Both the position numbers and the translations under genes were made by a program. Of a stretch of DNA of 64,000 bases, positions 44,367 to 64,000 are shown in pieces. How positions within the stretch are numbered: position 1 is the stretch's first letter; the number at the start of each line of letters is the position of its first letter. The notes under the pieces were generated by a model. It searched no databases. It was not told the origin of the DNA and saw only the letters and a list, made by a program, of their open reading frames with translations. Source of the stretch: the human T2T-CHM13v2.0 reference genome, Homo sapiens; assembly GCF_009914755.1 (NCBI RefSeq), contig NC_060926.1. The stretch is one strand, 5' to 3'.

Positions 44367-45150
44367 ATAGAGGTTTTAACATAGACTGAGGATGGCTGTA
44401 TAGTGAAGATGTGGCATTAATTTAACAGGTAGCTCGGCAAAATAATCCATTCTTAATCAACAATAATAAGGTTTCATGGAACTCGCAGGCTTTCTATGGA
44501 ATAATTTATCTGTATCCATTCTATTTGTCAACTTTCCATTTCACTTCATCTCTCAAAAGATTGAAAGGATAAATGAGGAAAAAACCCAAATAACTTCTAG
44601 CTTCTCTAGGGAAAGATTTCACAGGGTGCAGTGTAAATATTGGCATTTTATAGCCTGTCGTTTATTTCAATCTGCAAATACTAAGTTTCTGCTCTGTGTA
44701 AACCACTTTGCTAGGCATTTTCTAAACAAAAAGAAAAGGATAATACATATCCCTTTCCCCTGAAGAATTTTCAACAACTTACTTGATCAAACACATGCAC
44801 ATAGGATGTTAAGCAAAATATAAGGCAAATCAAGTCATGATATTTGACAAAATAAAATTATGGGTAAAACTTAATGGGGGTAAATGTTAGTGGGTCTGGG
44901 TCTTTAAAAAGGAGATACAACCTTCTTGTACTTTTAAAGAAATAACCTCAAGTCAAACAAATAAACCATTTGCCAGTTGTTGTTGTTTTTTGTTGTTGCT
45001 GTTTTATTTTTAACCTCTTTGTAGTGAAAACCCATGTGGTAAATACTACTCACTGGCTAAAATAACCAAGATATTAGACAAAATCTTGACCAAAGGCAAA
45101 TATGTGAAACTATACATTTATGGCCATGACCTTGCATTGTACATTTACAT

Positions 45151-45592
45151 CAGGGCTTTCTAACCTACGTTCTTCAGATTCCATGAAGTTGAATAGAAAA
45201 AAATTATATCTTCAATTTCACTAATCTTATCTGAAATGTAGCATTTCTTTCAACAAACCACAGTATTACTAGCAGTTTCTATCACATTGCCAGGAATAAA
45301 AATTACAGACACTTTCATATCACATTATAACTTTGCAGATATTTCAATGTATCATTTATGCTCATCCTACTTCAAAAAGGAGTCAATATCAAGCCTCCTG
45401 TTCATTCTTGCCTTTTATAGCATTAATAAAGACACAAATATTACTACATCACAAACTTGGTATTTCTTTAAATATTGTGATCAACATTCATTTCCATATG
45501 ATTGATTTTCTTTATAAGCCTGTGTTTTGTTTTATTAGAAACGTTAGCCAGACTACCAAAGGGTCCATGGCATGAAAAAGCTTAAGGACCTC
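45151..45592 (+). mobile_element. hAT-Charlie non-autonomous element, Charlie4a-like
   Basis: Terminal inverted repeats CAGGGCTTTCTAACCT and AGCTTAAGGACCTCT; internal CAACAAACCACAGTA and CAGACTACCAAAGGGTCCATGGCA. Confidence 0.7.
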
Positions 45593-45848
45593 TCATTCAG
45601 TCACATTCACCTTCTGCTTGAATTTTGGTGAATATTTTGCTATTGGCAGCAGATATTCATTACTGCTCTATGTTTCAAGGTTTGCTCCACATTTGACTTT
45701 TGGATTTTCAATAATTGAAAAGTTGGATACATTAGAGATTATTAGTGTTAAACAGAACAGAATTTTTAAATTAATTTTTAAAATTTGTCCCTCACATATG
45801 CTTTGGGCATTTTTATCTCTATTCAGTAAATGAAAGGAAACCACTCAC

Positions 45849-45954
45849 AAGTCTCTCTCTATGACAGCAGTGTCCAGGTATGATGCATGAAGTCTTGGAT
45901 CTGGAATGTATTTTATGGATTTCAGAAGTCTCTACCCTGGAAATGAGCCTCTTC
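45849..45954 (-). other. Candidate internal exon (106 nt)
   Basis: Acceptor CTTCTCCTATGGCAG|; donor CTT|GTGAGT; in frame with the 46958-47089 candidate. Confidence 0.35.
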
Positions 45955-46957
45955 CTGCCATAGGAGAAGTACAATCTTTTTCTTTCTTTTTTACCTTAAA
46001 CTTCCTGAGAACAATTTAACCTCAATGAACTCAGTTCTTAACATTCAGATGCTTGCTCTTTGAAAAATCTGTATCTCTTTTGTACACAAGTTAATTCATA
46101 TTACATAAACACCTTTTAAATCATATATGTAAAACTTTTTGTCAAAACATACAAATTCACATTACTTCTGATGACTGTTTGCTCCAAAATAAAATGTAGG
46201 GTGCATTTTGTTTCAAAGAAATAAACATCAAAAGATGACTGTTGGCCATTTAAACTGAGATGGCCAGTTTATTTTGCTCTCTTCATGATGTTATCTAGTA
46301 TTTAGGTGAAGATTAATAAAAATTAAATATAAGAGAGCATATTACAAAGAGATGGCTGTTACGCTGTTTTATTTTATGTCACTTTGAGAAAATAATTTTA
46401 AGATGTCACATTTCAGAAAGAGTTTTGTATGTGTGGAGTGTTTTAAATTTATGAATTTCTTAAAACACTCCCATTACAAATAGCTTCTGGGCATATGTAC
46501 ACATTGGATAAATAAAAACAAGAAACTGGCCACAAACAGCAGCCCCATGGGAAGTCTTGGTCCAACCATGACATTCTCGGCCAGAACCTCGTCTACAGCC
46601 TGCTAATTCCCATGGAATTCCAAGTCAGAATTTAACCATTTCTGCATATGTTGATTTGCTCCCATAGCCATCTGAAAACATGTTTCTTAGGGAATAATTA
46701 GGACAATGGGGGTTACCCAACAAAACTTATCTCTATCTTTTTTTATTTCCATGTGACAAGTTCATATGAATCTCAACATAGACAAACAGTGCTATTTCGA
46801 GTACTTAACTCTAAAATTAATGAGGGTGGTTTAGGCCCCAAGGAAATTTCACAGATGATGTGTTCTTGAAACAGTTGTTCCCATGAGACTCATTTTCATC
46901 ACTCACACAGTTTTCTATCTATAATTAGATGACATTATTTCATTTTCAAAGTCTCAC

Positions 46958-47089
46958 GTTGTAACTCTATTTACAGGTTTTTTGGTCACATGTCTCTTCA
47001 TAGGAGATCCAGTATGAAAATTAGGATGAGTCAGATGATGTGAGTTTTCAAGATGCATTAATAATACCACTTTGGGTATCTTCTTCAAG
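46958..47089 (-). other. Candidate internal exon (132 nt) of an unidentified spliced transcript
   Basis: Long poly-T then TTTGAAAG acceptor; donor AAC|GTGAGA; non-repeat sequence; one open frame. Confidence 0.35.
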
Positions 47090-47832
47090 CTTTCAAACAC
47101 AAATATACCAAAAAAAAAAAAAAAAAAAGAGTCAATTTCCATTTTTAAGCCCTACAGAATCTACTAGAGAGATTATGATTATGAGATTGATTTTCGGATT
47201 TGGTGCTCCATCTGAAAATGAAAAACAAGGTTTGTCTTGAAATCAGTTTGCCTTGAAATCACTTGGGCCTGCATAAAGGTGTGTCTCACATTGGATTAAG
47301 GAAGATGGTGACACCTGATATGCTAATGACTCACAAGCAGTAATGGAAGGTGCAGAGTGAGTGGAGCTTCAAGGCTGCAGTAATTCACGCTCACTTAATT
47401 TATCTGGAATGTGGCTATGGTTATTACCATGAAATTCTCCAAAGATGAGTAATTTCCACAATGAGATTCTTAAAGCTTACTGACAATTCCACATTTTGAG
47501 TAGGTAAGGAAAACAGACTTAAGAATCCTTTTTTTTTTTTTCAAAACAAGAACTTAACTATTTATATTTGGGAAAATTGGAATGAATGGCAGATTTTTGA
47601 GAGAGAAAAAGGAAAATCTTTTTCATGGGACTCATAGCATTAAAAATGATCCTCATAAAAGGTCTTGCTCAGAAATTGGAAACAATTCTTCACATTTGAA
47701 TTTGGAATATCCAACTAAACATGTTCTGAGGTAGAGATTCTCAGATAAAATACGTCTTTCATAATGCCCTTCTGAACACTATCATCCAGCTTGATTATTG
47801 CTTCCCTCCAGGTTGATGAAACCACCATTTGG

Positions 47833-48308
<476 letters not shown>

Positions 48309-48639
48309 TTAGTTTTCCTGTGTAATGAAGATACTAACTATATAACCAGGCTAATTTTGAAATACTTTCTAAGAAAAATTAAATGATTTGGTTTTATAAA
48401 TATATAAAAATTCAAGTTAAAACATCAGCCCTAATATGATCTGTGTACTCTGTGTAAGATGTGGCATATGCAACTTGGCCCAAATGCAGGAAAAATCCTG
48501 AAGGACAATTCAAAACAATGGATTCAAGAAGACATACTGTTAGAAAAACATGAATTTGCAAATCAACTTTAAAAATTACTGTATTATCCCCTCAAATTTT
48601 TAAAGTAATCTCATAAATCAATTGTAAACATTCCAAAAG

Positions 48640-48870
48640 AACAAGCCCTGGAAAGAAATAGATCAGAATTAACATTTCAGTATGACTTTGAACAAATTAC
48701 TTAACTTTTCCAAGCTTCATTTGGCTGCAAAATAGAACTAGTTAAATACCTATCTCATGGGGTTGTGTGAGAATTAAATAAGCAAATGTCTATAAAGTAC
48801 TTAGCAAGACTCCTAGCACTCAATAGCACATAAGCACTCAGTAAAGGATACCTGTAATTATAACAGTACG
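48640..48870 (+). mobile_element. MIR
   Basis: TGACTTTGAACAAATTACTTAAC...ATACCTATCTCATGGGGTTGTGTGAGAATTAAAT...AAAGTACTTAGCA. Confidence 0.75.
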
Positions 48871-49226
48871 TGACACTTTACTACTATTTGATTCAAGGTA
48901 GCTTACAAATATACATGAAATACAACACAATAAAATAAAGACACAAGTAAATTGGCAGAGAGGAAAAACAAGGGTAGGAAAAATAACATGAGGCCAGTAA
49001 AGAGGTAAATACACAAAACATGTACTGCTCCTGCAGTCCTCCAACAAATATTTACTGAGTGCCTACTATGTGCTCATTTCTGTACTGTGAAACCCTGCAG
49101 TGAACAAGATACATGATCCTGCATTTGTGGAATATCTGTCCTGTATCTGGTAAAGATGAGAGACATAACTATAATTGGTATTAAGGCATTTTCACATTTT
49201 TAGCCCATTTCTTAATATTTCTTTTC

Positions 49227-49453
49227 TTTTTCTTTTTCTTTTTCTTTTTTTTTTAGATGGAGTCTCACTGTGTCACCCAGGCTGGAGGATTACAGGTACA
49301 CATCACCATACGCGGCTAATTTTTGTATTTTTTTGTAGAGATGGGGTTTCACCATGTTGGCCAGGCTGGCCTCAAACTGCTGGCCTCATGTGATGCACCT
49401 GCCTTGGCCTCCCAAAGTGCTGGGATTATAGGCAGGAGTACCACACTTGGCCA
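49227..49453 (-). mobile_element. AluS with ~80 bp internal deletion in the right arm
   Basis: CCCAGGCTGGA joined directly to GGATTACAGG; TSD AATATTT(C/A)TTTTC. Confidence 0.9.
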
Positions 49454-50099
49454 ATATTTATTTTCAAATCACACGTATATCAATATAAATTATTAGGACA
49501 GATTTTCTTCCTTGGGCAATTTATAAAAAATCTGCAACACTGTAAGAAATGCAGAAGACAGTTCTTCCTCTATCAACATGCTTAGGATGATGGGAGTACA
49601 GATACACACAGAACTCACGCAGAGTGAGTGTAGAATGCTTTGTACTATGTATCTCAGCCTGGCCTCATGGACCCCGGTATGGACCCAGAGGGTGAGGGTT
49701 GGATGTCCTGCATCTGTCTGTCCTGACACTGTGAGCACTGTCACCAGTTATCCACTGAAGGTCCCATCTAGATAGTGGTGATACATGAGGATGTTTCAAG
49801 TGATTACCAGGATAGAGGAAGACAATTTTGGACATTCTACTTATATTTTATAATAATAATAATAATAACATAAATTATGCTTTACTAATATTTAATGTGT
49901 GGGTGGATGCTAGTGACCTCACTCAGCCTGCATGTCACATCAAGTGTGACCTGGCATGTGGGGTAACCTGAGAGAGGAACAGAAGCTCCTACCAGTGGGC
50001 TCAACAGCAGCCCCTGCCCTCCTCTACTTACTGCATTCATGCAGAGTATATTAGGAAATTCTGCAGTTTACATATGCCAGACTGAAAAGTTGTCGAGTT

Positions 50100-50447
50100 T
50101 GTATTAGTCCTTTCTTGTACTGCTATAAACAAATAGCTGAGACTGGGTAATTTATAAAGAAAAGAGGATTAGTTGGCCGACGGTTTCACAGGCTCTGCAG
50201 AAAGCATGTTGCTGGTATTTGCTCAGCTTCTTGGGAGACCTCAGGGAACTTGTACTCATGGATAAAGGCATTGCCTTAAGCAACCACGTCTTGTGAGAAC
50301 TCACTATACAGTACCAAGGGAGGATGGTGTTAACCATGAGAACCTCGCCCCCATGATCCAACCACGTCCCACCATGCCCTTCCTCCAACACTTGGGATTA
50401 CAATTCAACATGAGATTTGGGTGAGGACACAGATTCAAGCCAAATCA
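50100..50447 (-). mobile_element. MST (MSTB-like) solo LTR
   Basis: TGTATTAGTCC...GAGACTGGGTAATTTATAAAGAAAAGAGG...CATGAGATTTGGGTGAGGACACAGAT; TSD GAGTT at 50095-50099 and 50448-50452. Confidence 0.92.
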
Positions 50448-50579
50448 GAGTTTATATTATCTGGTTTTAACTGAATGTGTAACAAAATGGACTAGTGACT
50501 TAAAAAGAGTCTGGCAAGGAAAACATGCATGAAAGATAATAAAAATAACAAAAGTACAAGTTAACAATTTTTCTAAAAA

Positions 50580-51347
50580 AATTGTCAGGGAAATCCAAAT
50601 TAAAACCACAATGAGATACCACCTTACTCCTGCAAAAAAATGGCCATTATTAAACATCAAACACAATAGATATTGCTGTGGATGTGGGGAAAAGAGAACG
50701 CTTTTACTCTGCTGGTGGGAATGTAAATTAGTACAACCTCTATAGAAAACAGTATGAAGATATTTTAAAGAGCTAAATATAGAACCCCCATGTGATCCAG
50801 CAATTCCACTCCTGGGTATCTACCTAAATGAAAAGAAGTCACTACATGAAGAAGACACTTGCACATGTATGTTTATAGCAGCATAATTTGCAATTGCAAA
50901 GATGTGGAACCAACCTAAGTGCCCATCGATTAACGAGTGTATAACAAAAATGTGGTATATGTACACCATGGAATATTACTCAGCCATTAAAAGGAAGGAA
51001 ATAATGCCTCTTGCAGCAACTCGGATGGAGCTGGGGGCCATTATTCTAAGTGAAGTAACTTATGACTCAAAAACCAAAAACCATATGTTCTCACTTATAA
51101 GTGGAGGTAAGCTATGAGTACACAAAGGCATACAGAGTAATATAATGAACTTTAGAGACTCAGAAGGGGGAGGTTGGGAGGGGTCTAGGGATATATAACT
51201 ACATATTAGGTATAATGTATGCTACTCAGGTGATGGGTGCACTAAAATCTCAGAATTCACCGCTATATAATTCATCCATGTAACGAAAAGCTCCTTGTAC
51301 CCCCAAATGCCATTGAAATAAAAATTTAAACAAAAATAAAAATAAAA
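50580..51347 (+). mobile_element. L1PB-like 3' fragment
   Basis: ORF2 end (WNQPKCPSIN...MEYYSAIK...LGAIILSEVT...HMFSLISG) plus 3' UTR and A-rich tail. Confidence 0.9.
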
Positions 51348-52358
51348 TTCATTCAGACCCAACCAAAAAATAAATTAAGAGGCAGAGCTGAGACTTCTTT
51401 TGTCCCCAAAACAAGCTTATATTATTACAAAATAGAAGTAGAATGTCCAAAATTGTTACATCAGTAAAAACAACGACAATACGATCAGGTCTGACAAAAG
51501 GATGACCAACCAAATTAAACATTATCAAAACTCTCTGAAATTTGGGTTTTTGTCCACTTTAACAAATAATGACCTCACCCAAAGCATGTGGTGTGCTTTA
51601 AGATATTATTTAATGGTAGAGTTCAGTCATCATGATTAGCAAGACATTTAAAACCTAAGCCTCAAGAACATAAAATCAAAGCTGTGATTTTTTTTTTTCA
51701 AGCAATGTTTAAAGTCATGTAATAGGGCTTTACAAAATTTTTCTGAAACGGAGTGGAAATTGTCTTGAAGTCATTTTGGAGATCCCTTGCATAATAACGA
51801 AACAAAAAAATCTTTGGCACAATTTCAAGCTAAGATTACAGAGATATAATCGCACTTGAAACTCATACCCCACCTCTCTTAGAGCTATTGCAATAAAGAA
51901 GTGAAAGCCAGAAGTGCACAAAGTTCCTCAAGATGCCATTGAATTGTTTGCTTTTCAAAAAAAAAAAAAAAAAAAAAAACCAGCACTTTTGTAGAGAAAA
52001 TGGCATCATTCTTTGTCATCAGATGAGAGTAGTCATGAAGAGCAGAGGTTCCCTGGTTGTCCCTTGATTAAGTTACTAAGGTAACTTACTTAATTTAAAA
52101 AATCAAGTACTTTTTAAAGTATCTCCACTTAATAATGAGTTGCATGTTTTTCTTTTATTACAGCACGTGTTCTAAATTTGCCATCATTTTTTGTCATAAG
52201 TATCTCTCAATTGCATGCTGTCTAGCAGATCTAAATCTATATATCTGTATCTATTTAAATTTCCCCTGTTCCTTCAAAGTAAAGGTGATAATTCAACAAT
52301 AACTTAGAAAAGATACTGCTTTTAGAGAGTAATACAAGATATAAATCGCAAGCATTAG

Positions 52359-54406
<2,048 letters not shown>

Positions 54407-54994
54407 AACAAGATTAGAAATATTTTCATTGCTACATGACTTACAGAAGGAAAAGCTGTATGTCACTACAGAAATTCAGATTTATGCAGTCAAATCTAGA
54501 AAAAACTTTCTAATCTGTTTTGAAATCTTCCAAATGAAGAGTTTCAATTTTTTTTAACCAATCAGTTAAAAATATTTAAAAATCAGCATATTCTGATTAA
54601 TTAAAAATAAAACTAAATGACCTCCAAGAATATGAAAACTTACCAGCCAAATTCTGGTAAAAAATATTACATGATTGATGGATGACATTTAAAAATGAGT
54701 ACTATAGCTTAGAAAGCACAGTCCTAGATACACGTCTTTCATTTGAATCTACGCATCTTTGTTTTTGTTTTTTTGTTTTTTTTTTTTTTATTATACTTTA
54801 AGTTTTAGGGTACGTGTGCACATTGTGCAGGTTAGTTACATATGTATACATGTGCCATGCTGGTGCGCTGCACCCACTAACTCGTCATCTAGCATTAGGT
54901 ATATCTCCCAATGCTATCCCTCCCCCCTCCCCCGACCCCACCACAGTCCCCAGAGTGTGATATTCCCCTTCCTGTGTCCATGTGATCTCATTGT

Positions 54995-58822
<3,828 letters not shown>

Positions 58823-58885
58823 TATGATGTTAGCTGGTGATTTTGCTCGTTAGTTGATGCAGTTTCTTCCTAGTCTCGATGGTCT

Positions 58886-59902
58886 TTACATTTTGGCATG
58901 ATTTTGCAGCGGCTGGTACCGGTTGTTCCTTTCCATGTTTAGCGCTTCCTTCAGGAGCTCTTTTAGGGCAGGCCTGGTGGTGACAAAATCTCTCAGCATT
59001 TGCCTGTCTGTAAAGGATTTTATTTCTCCTTCACTTATGAAGCTTAGTTTGGCTGGATATGAAATTCTGGGTTGAAAATTCTTTTCTTTAAGAATGTTGA
59101 ATATTGGCCCCCACTCTCTTCTGGCTTGTAGGGTTTCTGCCGAGAGATCCACTGTTAGTCTGATGGGCTTCCCTTTGAGGGTAACCCGACCTTTCTCTCT
59201 GGCTGCCCTTAACATTTTTTCCTTCATTTCAACTTTGGTGAATCTGACAATTATGTGTCTTGGAGTTGCTCTTCTCGAGGAGTATCTTTGTGGCGTTCTC
59301 TGTATTTCCTGAATCTGAACGTTGGCCTGCCTTGCTAGATTGGGGAAGTTCTCCTGGATAATATCCTGCAGAGTGTTTTCCAACTTGGTTCCATTCTCCG
59401 CATCACTTTCAGGTACACCAATCAGACGTAGATTTGGTCTTTTCACATAGTCCCATATTTCTTGGAGGCTTTGCTCATTTCTTTTTATTCTTTTGTCTCT
59501 AAACTTCCCTTCTCGCTTCATTTCATTCATTTCATCTTCCATCGTTGATACCCTTTCTTCCAGTTGATCGCATCGGCTCCTGAGGCTTCTGCATTCTTCA
59601 CGTAGTTCTCGAGCCTTGGTTTTCAGCTCCATCAGCTCCTTTAAGCACTTCTCTGTATTGGTTATTCTAATTATACATTCTTCTAAATTTTTTTCAAAGT
59701 TTTCAACTTCTTTGCCTTTGGTTTGAATGTCCTCCCGTAGCTCAGAGTAATTTGATCGTCTGAAACCTTCTTCTCTCAGCTCGTCAAAGTCATTCTCCAT
59801 CCAGCTTTGTTCCGTTGCTGGTGAGGAACTGCGTTCCTTTGGAGGAGGAGAAGCGCTCTGCGTTTTAGAGTTTCCAGTTTTTCTGTTCTGTTTTTTCCCC
59901 AT
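58886..59902 (-). CDS. ORF1: L1 ORF1p (RNA-binding chaperone), intact 338 aa
   Basis: MGKKQNRKTGNSKTQSASPPPKERSSSP...REKG...ARREW...YPAKLS...QNHAKM. Confidence 0.96.
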   Translation of the reverse strand: MGKKQNRKTGNSKTQSASPPPKERSSSPATEQSWMENDFDELREEGFRRSNYSELREDIQTKGKEVENFEKNLEECIIRITNTEKCLKELMELKTKARELREECRSLRSRCDQLEERVSTMEDEMNEMKREGKFRDKRIKRNEQSLQEIWDYVKRPNLRLIGVPESDAENGTKLENTLQDIIQENFPNLARQANVQIQEIQRTPQRYSSRRATPRHIIVRFTKVEMKEKMLRAAREKGRVTLKGKPIRLTVDLSAETLQARREWGPIFNILKEKNFQPRISYPAKLSFISEGEIKSFTDRQMLRDFVTTRPALKELLKEALNMERNNRYQPLQNHAKM

Positions 59903-60808
59903 CTTTGTGGTTTTATCTACTTTTGGTCTTTGATGATGGTGATGTACAGATGGGTTTTCGGTGTGGATGTCCTTTCTGTTTGTTAGTTTTCCTTCTAACA
60001 GACAGGACCCTCAGCTGCAGGTCTGTTGGAATACCCTGCCGTGTGAGGTGTCAGTGTGCCCCTGCTGGGGGGTGCCTCCCAGTTAGGCTGCTCGGGGGTC
60101 AGGGGTCAGGGACCCACTTGAGGAGGCAGTCTGCCCGTTCTCAGATCTCCAGCTGCGTGCTGGGAGAACCACTGCTCTCTTCAAAGCTGTCAGACAGGGA
60201 CATTTAAGTCTGCAGAGGTTACTGCTGTCTTTTTGTTTGTCTGTGCCCTGCCCCCAGAGGTGGAGCCTACAGAGGCAGGCAGGCCTCCTTGAGCTGTGGT
60301 GGGCTCCACCCAGTTCGAGCTTCCCAGCTGCTTTGTTTACCTAAGCAAGCCTGGGCTATGGCAGGCGCCCCTCCCCCAGCCTCGCTGCCGCCTTGCAGTT
60401 TGATCTCAGACTGCTGTGCTAGCAATCAGCAAGACTCCGTGGGCGTAGGACCCTCCGAGCCAGGTGTGGGATATAGTCTCGTGGTGCGCCGTTTTTAAAG
60501 CCGGTCTGAAAAGCGCAATATTCGGGTGGGAGTGACCCGATTTTCCAGGTGCCTCCGTCACCCCTTTCTTTGACTCGGAAAGGGAACTCCCTGACCCCTT
60601 GCGCTTCCCAGGTGAGGCAATGCCTCGCCCTGCTTCGGCTCGTGCACGTTGCGCACACCCACTGGCCTGCGCCCACTGTCTGGCACTCCCTAGTGAGATG
60701 AACCCGGTACCTCAGATGGAAATGCAGAAATCACCCGTCTTCTGCGTCGCTCACACTGGGAGCTGTAGACCAGAGCTGTTCCTATTCGGCCATCTTGGCT
60801 CCTCCTCT
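59903..60808 (-). promoter_or_regulatory. L1 5' UTR with sense and antisense promoters; YY1 site intact
   Basis: CpG-rich 5' UTR; YY1 motif CAAGATGGCC at 60788-60797 on the minus strand. Confidence 0.88.
60358..60498 (+). pseudogene. ORF0: L1 antisense ORF0, truncated at 46 aa by TTA>TAA
   Basis: MAGAPPPASLPPCSLISDCCASNQQDSVGVGPSEPGVGYSLVVRRF* matches the ORF0 N-terminus (normally 71 aa). Confidence 0.85.
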
Positions 60809-61174
60809 ATCTACGCATCTTTGAAAGGTACCTCTTTCATCTATGAAACCCATTACAACCAAGTATCAAAATAAACTGAACTATGAGACAGACCTTCAAA
60901 TAATGGCTTCATGATATATTTAACCCATATTTTTGAAATAATAGAATGTGTCTGATCACACTACTCTTATCCAAATATAATTAGTAATAACTATACAAAT
61001 AATATTTTAGTAAGAGAAAAATAGTGTGTGTAATTAATGAATAAAATAGATTGTTAATATTTATAAAATATTACTTCTTGTTCTTGAGAGCATCTTAAAA
61101 TGTTGAGCTCCCATTCTTACATGTATTTTACAATACACAGAATGTTTGTATATATTTAAAAATTAGATCAGATA

Positions 61175-61499
<325 letters not shown>

Positions 61500-61621
61500 T
61501 TAGATCAGATCTATAATTTACAAATAAATAAGTGTTAGAGATAAGTTCACAAACATGTACTAATGGGAGTTTCAGGTTAAAAAGAAACATGGGGTGGTGT
61601 GCATAACACTGCTTCACATGA

Positions 61622-62125
<504 letters not shown>

Positions 62126-63276
62126 CCTCTACTCCAGAAAATTATGCCAGAATCAAAGCCATGATACACTCCATGCTCCCAGAGACTATATATTGAGTGT
62201 AAAGGATCCATTCCCTCCTGAGTTGACAATGATAAGCCTATTAACCCATTCTCAGACTTCATAAGCAAAATAATTATTGGGGAAACTGGCATCTTTGTGG
62301 CAAGGAAAAAGAGAACACATTACCTTTTAGTGTTTGTTAGAGGAAAGAATTGAGTTTCTTAGGAATTTTTAACTGTTCTAGGACTTTTCATCCTTAAAGT
62401 TCATTGATGTATAGATATTAACTTCTTTTACCGCACAAATCCCTATGGCACGGTCAGGGGGCAAGATTACAAAATTCTGAATATAAAACTAAATAAAGAA
62501 TAAAACGGGAAATAAAGGTCCATGTTTAAATAGGCATTTTAAAAATAAGTGCTAGTCTATCTCCAAGTCAAATTACATGGGGAAAAAGTGTCTTTTATAT
62601 CAAAATTTCTGAGAACTTGTAAATACTTGTTTTTACCCATTTTAACGATAAAGAATACTTTGCTTCAATAATACAAAGCCAAGCATAGCAACTCCAGTGC
62701 TTCCTGAGTCCCTCCCTGGCCTTTTAACCACAAAGTCATACGCTCTTTGTATCTTATCTTACAACTTGAAGGACCATCTCAGCTTTCCTCGTCAAGTAAA
62801 GGCTTTCTACATTTTCTTAGTCCTGTTCTGTGTCATCTGCCTGTCAAGAAAGCAGTTGCTTGTTTGATTGTTAATTGCCCCTGTTTTTTTATTATAGAAT
62901 GCATTCAAATTTTGGTAAGCAACATGTTCTTTTTGTAATTAGATATAGTGGTTAAAATATCTTCCAATTCACCATGCCATTTCCCTTTAATCAGCATACC
63001 AGCCAGGCTTTAAGATGATGTTGGAACCATATCTATATTGTTACCACAGCAGGACTGCTCAAAGAAAATTGTGTTACAAATACACTTTGCAATTGAAATG
63101 AAATTCGGAGGTAGGAGTGCTTTTATTTTACAGTCCTGAAATGTGTAAATGAAATGAAAGTAAAATGTGGATATTTCAATCATTTGTATCATCAAGATTC
63201 AAAGATTTTCTGTGGATCTTAGGGTATCTATGGCTACAGTTACCTAGTGATGCCGTTTGGAGTGCCTATAAGAGGA

Positions 63277-63585
63277 TGTATCAGTCAGAGTTCTCCACGA
63301 CTTTCTCTGTAAGGCAGACAGGCTGAAAACTGAGGCAGGAGCTGATGCAATGGCCTGGAGGCAGAATTTCTTCTCCAGGAAACCTCAATTTTTGTTCTTA
63401 GGCCTTGAATTGATGAGGCAAAGTCCACCCACATTATCAAGTGTGATTGCCTTTACTTAAAGTCAACTGATCGTAGATGTTTACCACATCTAGAAAATAC
63501 CTTTGTACTAATTCCAAGGTTAATGTTTGATTAAATTATGGGTATTGTAGCCTAGTCAAGTTGACACCAAAATCTAAGCATCACA
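63277..63585 (-). mobile_element. MLT2 (ERVL) solo LTR, internally deleted
   Basis: TGTATCAGTCAGAGTTCTCCA...CCACCCACATTATC...CTTAAAGTCAACTGAT...GCCTAGTCAAGTTGACAC...ATCACA; TSD GAGGA/GAAGA. Confidence 0.85.
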
Positions 63586-63599
63586 GAAGACAAGAATGT

Positions 63600-63770
63600 T
63601 TTAAACACTTCCTCTTTAAATCCTCTTGGAGGGAAGTTGTATTAGCTCCATTTTATAGACAAGGAAATTGATGATTAGAAAGGCTAAATGATTTGCCCAA
63701 GATCAACCAGGAAATAAGGTCAGCCAAGCCCCTCCAAATCCAAAGCACAGGCCATTTCCTGGAGCATAAC
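63600..63770 (-). mobile_element. MIR
   Basis: CCATTTTATAGACAAGGAAATTGA...AGGCTAAATGATTTGCCCAAGATCA. Confidence 0.7.
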
Positions 63771-64000
63771 ACAACCTGTGCAACCCTCCCTCTCCTCTAC
63801 CAATTCGGAAGCTATGTAGAAACAGGGCTCGATCATCCTGCCTCCTGCGTTTATCTTCTGGTGAGCTTGCCCCATGTGACCCTCTTTACCTTCTCTTAGA
63901 ACCAACTCATTTATGACTGATGGATCAACTCCAGACAAGCCAGAATATAAGGGATCATTTGGTGGCAGGGAATAAAAGAGGTCTGCAGCCAGACCCCAGA

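Overview
Hominoid (human/great-ape-like) genomic DNA, intergenic or intronic, AT-rich and dense in interspersed repeats (AluJ/S/Y, L1PA/PB/M, MaLR/ERVL LTRs, MER/Charlie DNA transposons, MIR, L2). I recognise no host protein-coding exon; almost all ORFs in the supplied track are repeat-derived or random. The main coding element is a full-length L1PA2-type LINE-1 on the minus strand (54762-60808) with TSDs, an intact ORF1 and an ORF2 carrying three nonsense codons. It lies tail-to-tail with an older 5'-truncated L1 (52373-54406), forming a ~2 kb-arm inverted repeat. A ~945 bp tract of the older copy has apparently been overwritten by the younger one, including two shared stop codons. Two further fold-back or locally templated rearrangements are visible: a ~507 bp spacer-less palindrome (25642-26148) and an ~80 bp inverted copy of a neighbouring Alu (20429-20508). 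Several splice-site-bounded candidate exons suggest a spliced transcript on the minus strand; this is unverified. Repeat subfamily names come from recalled consensus sequences, not from a database search.
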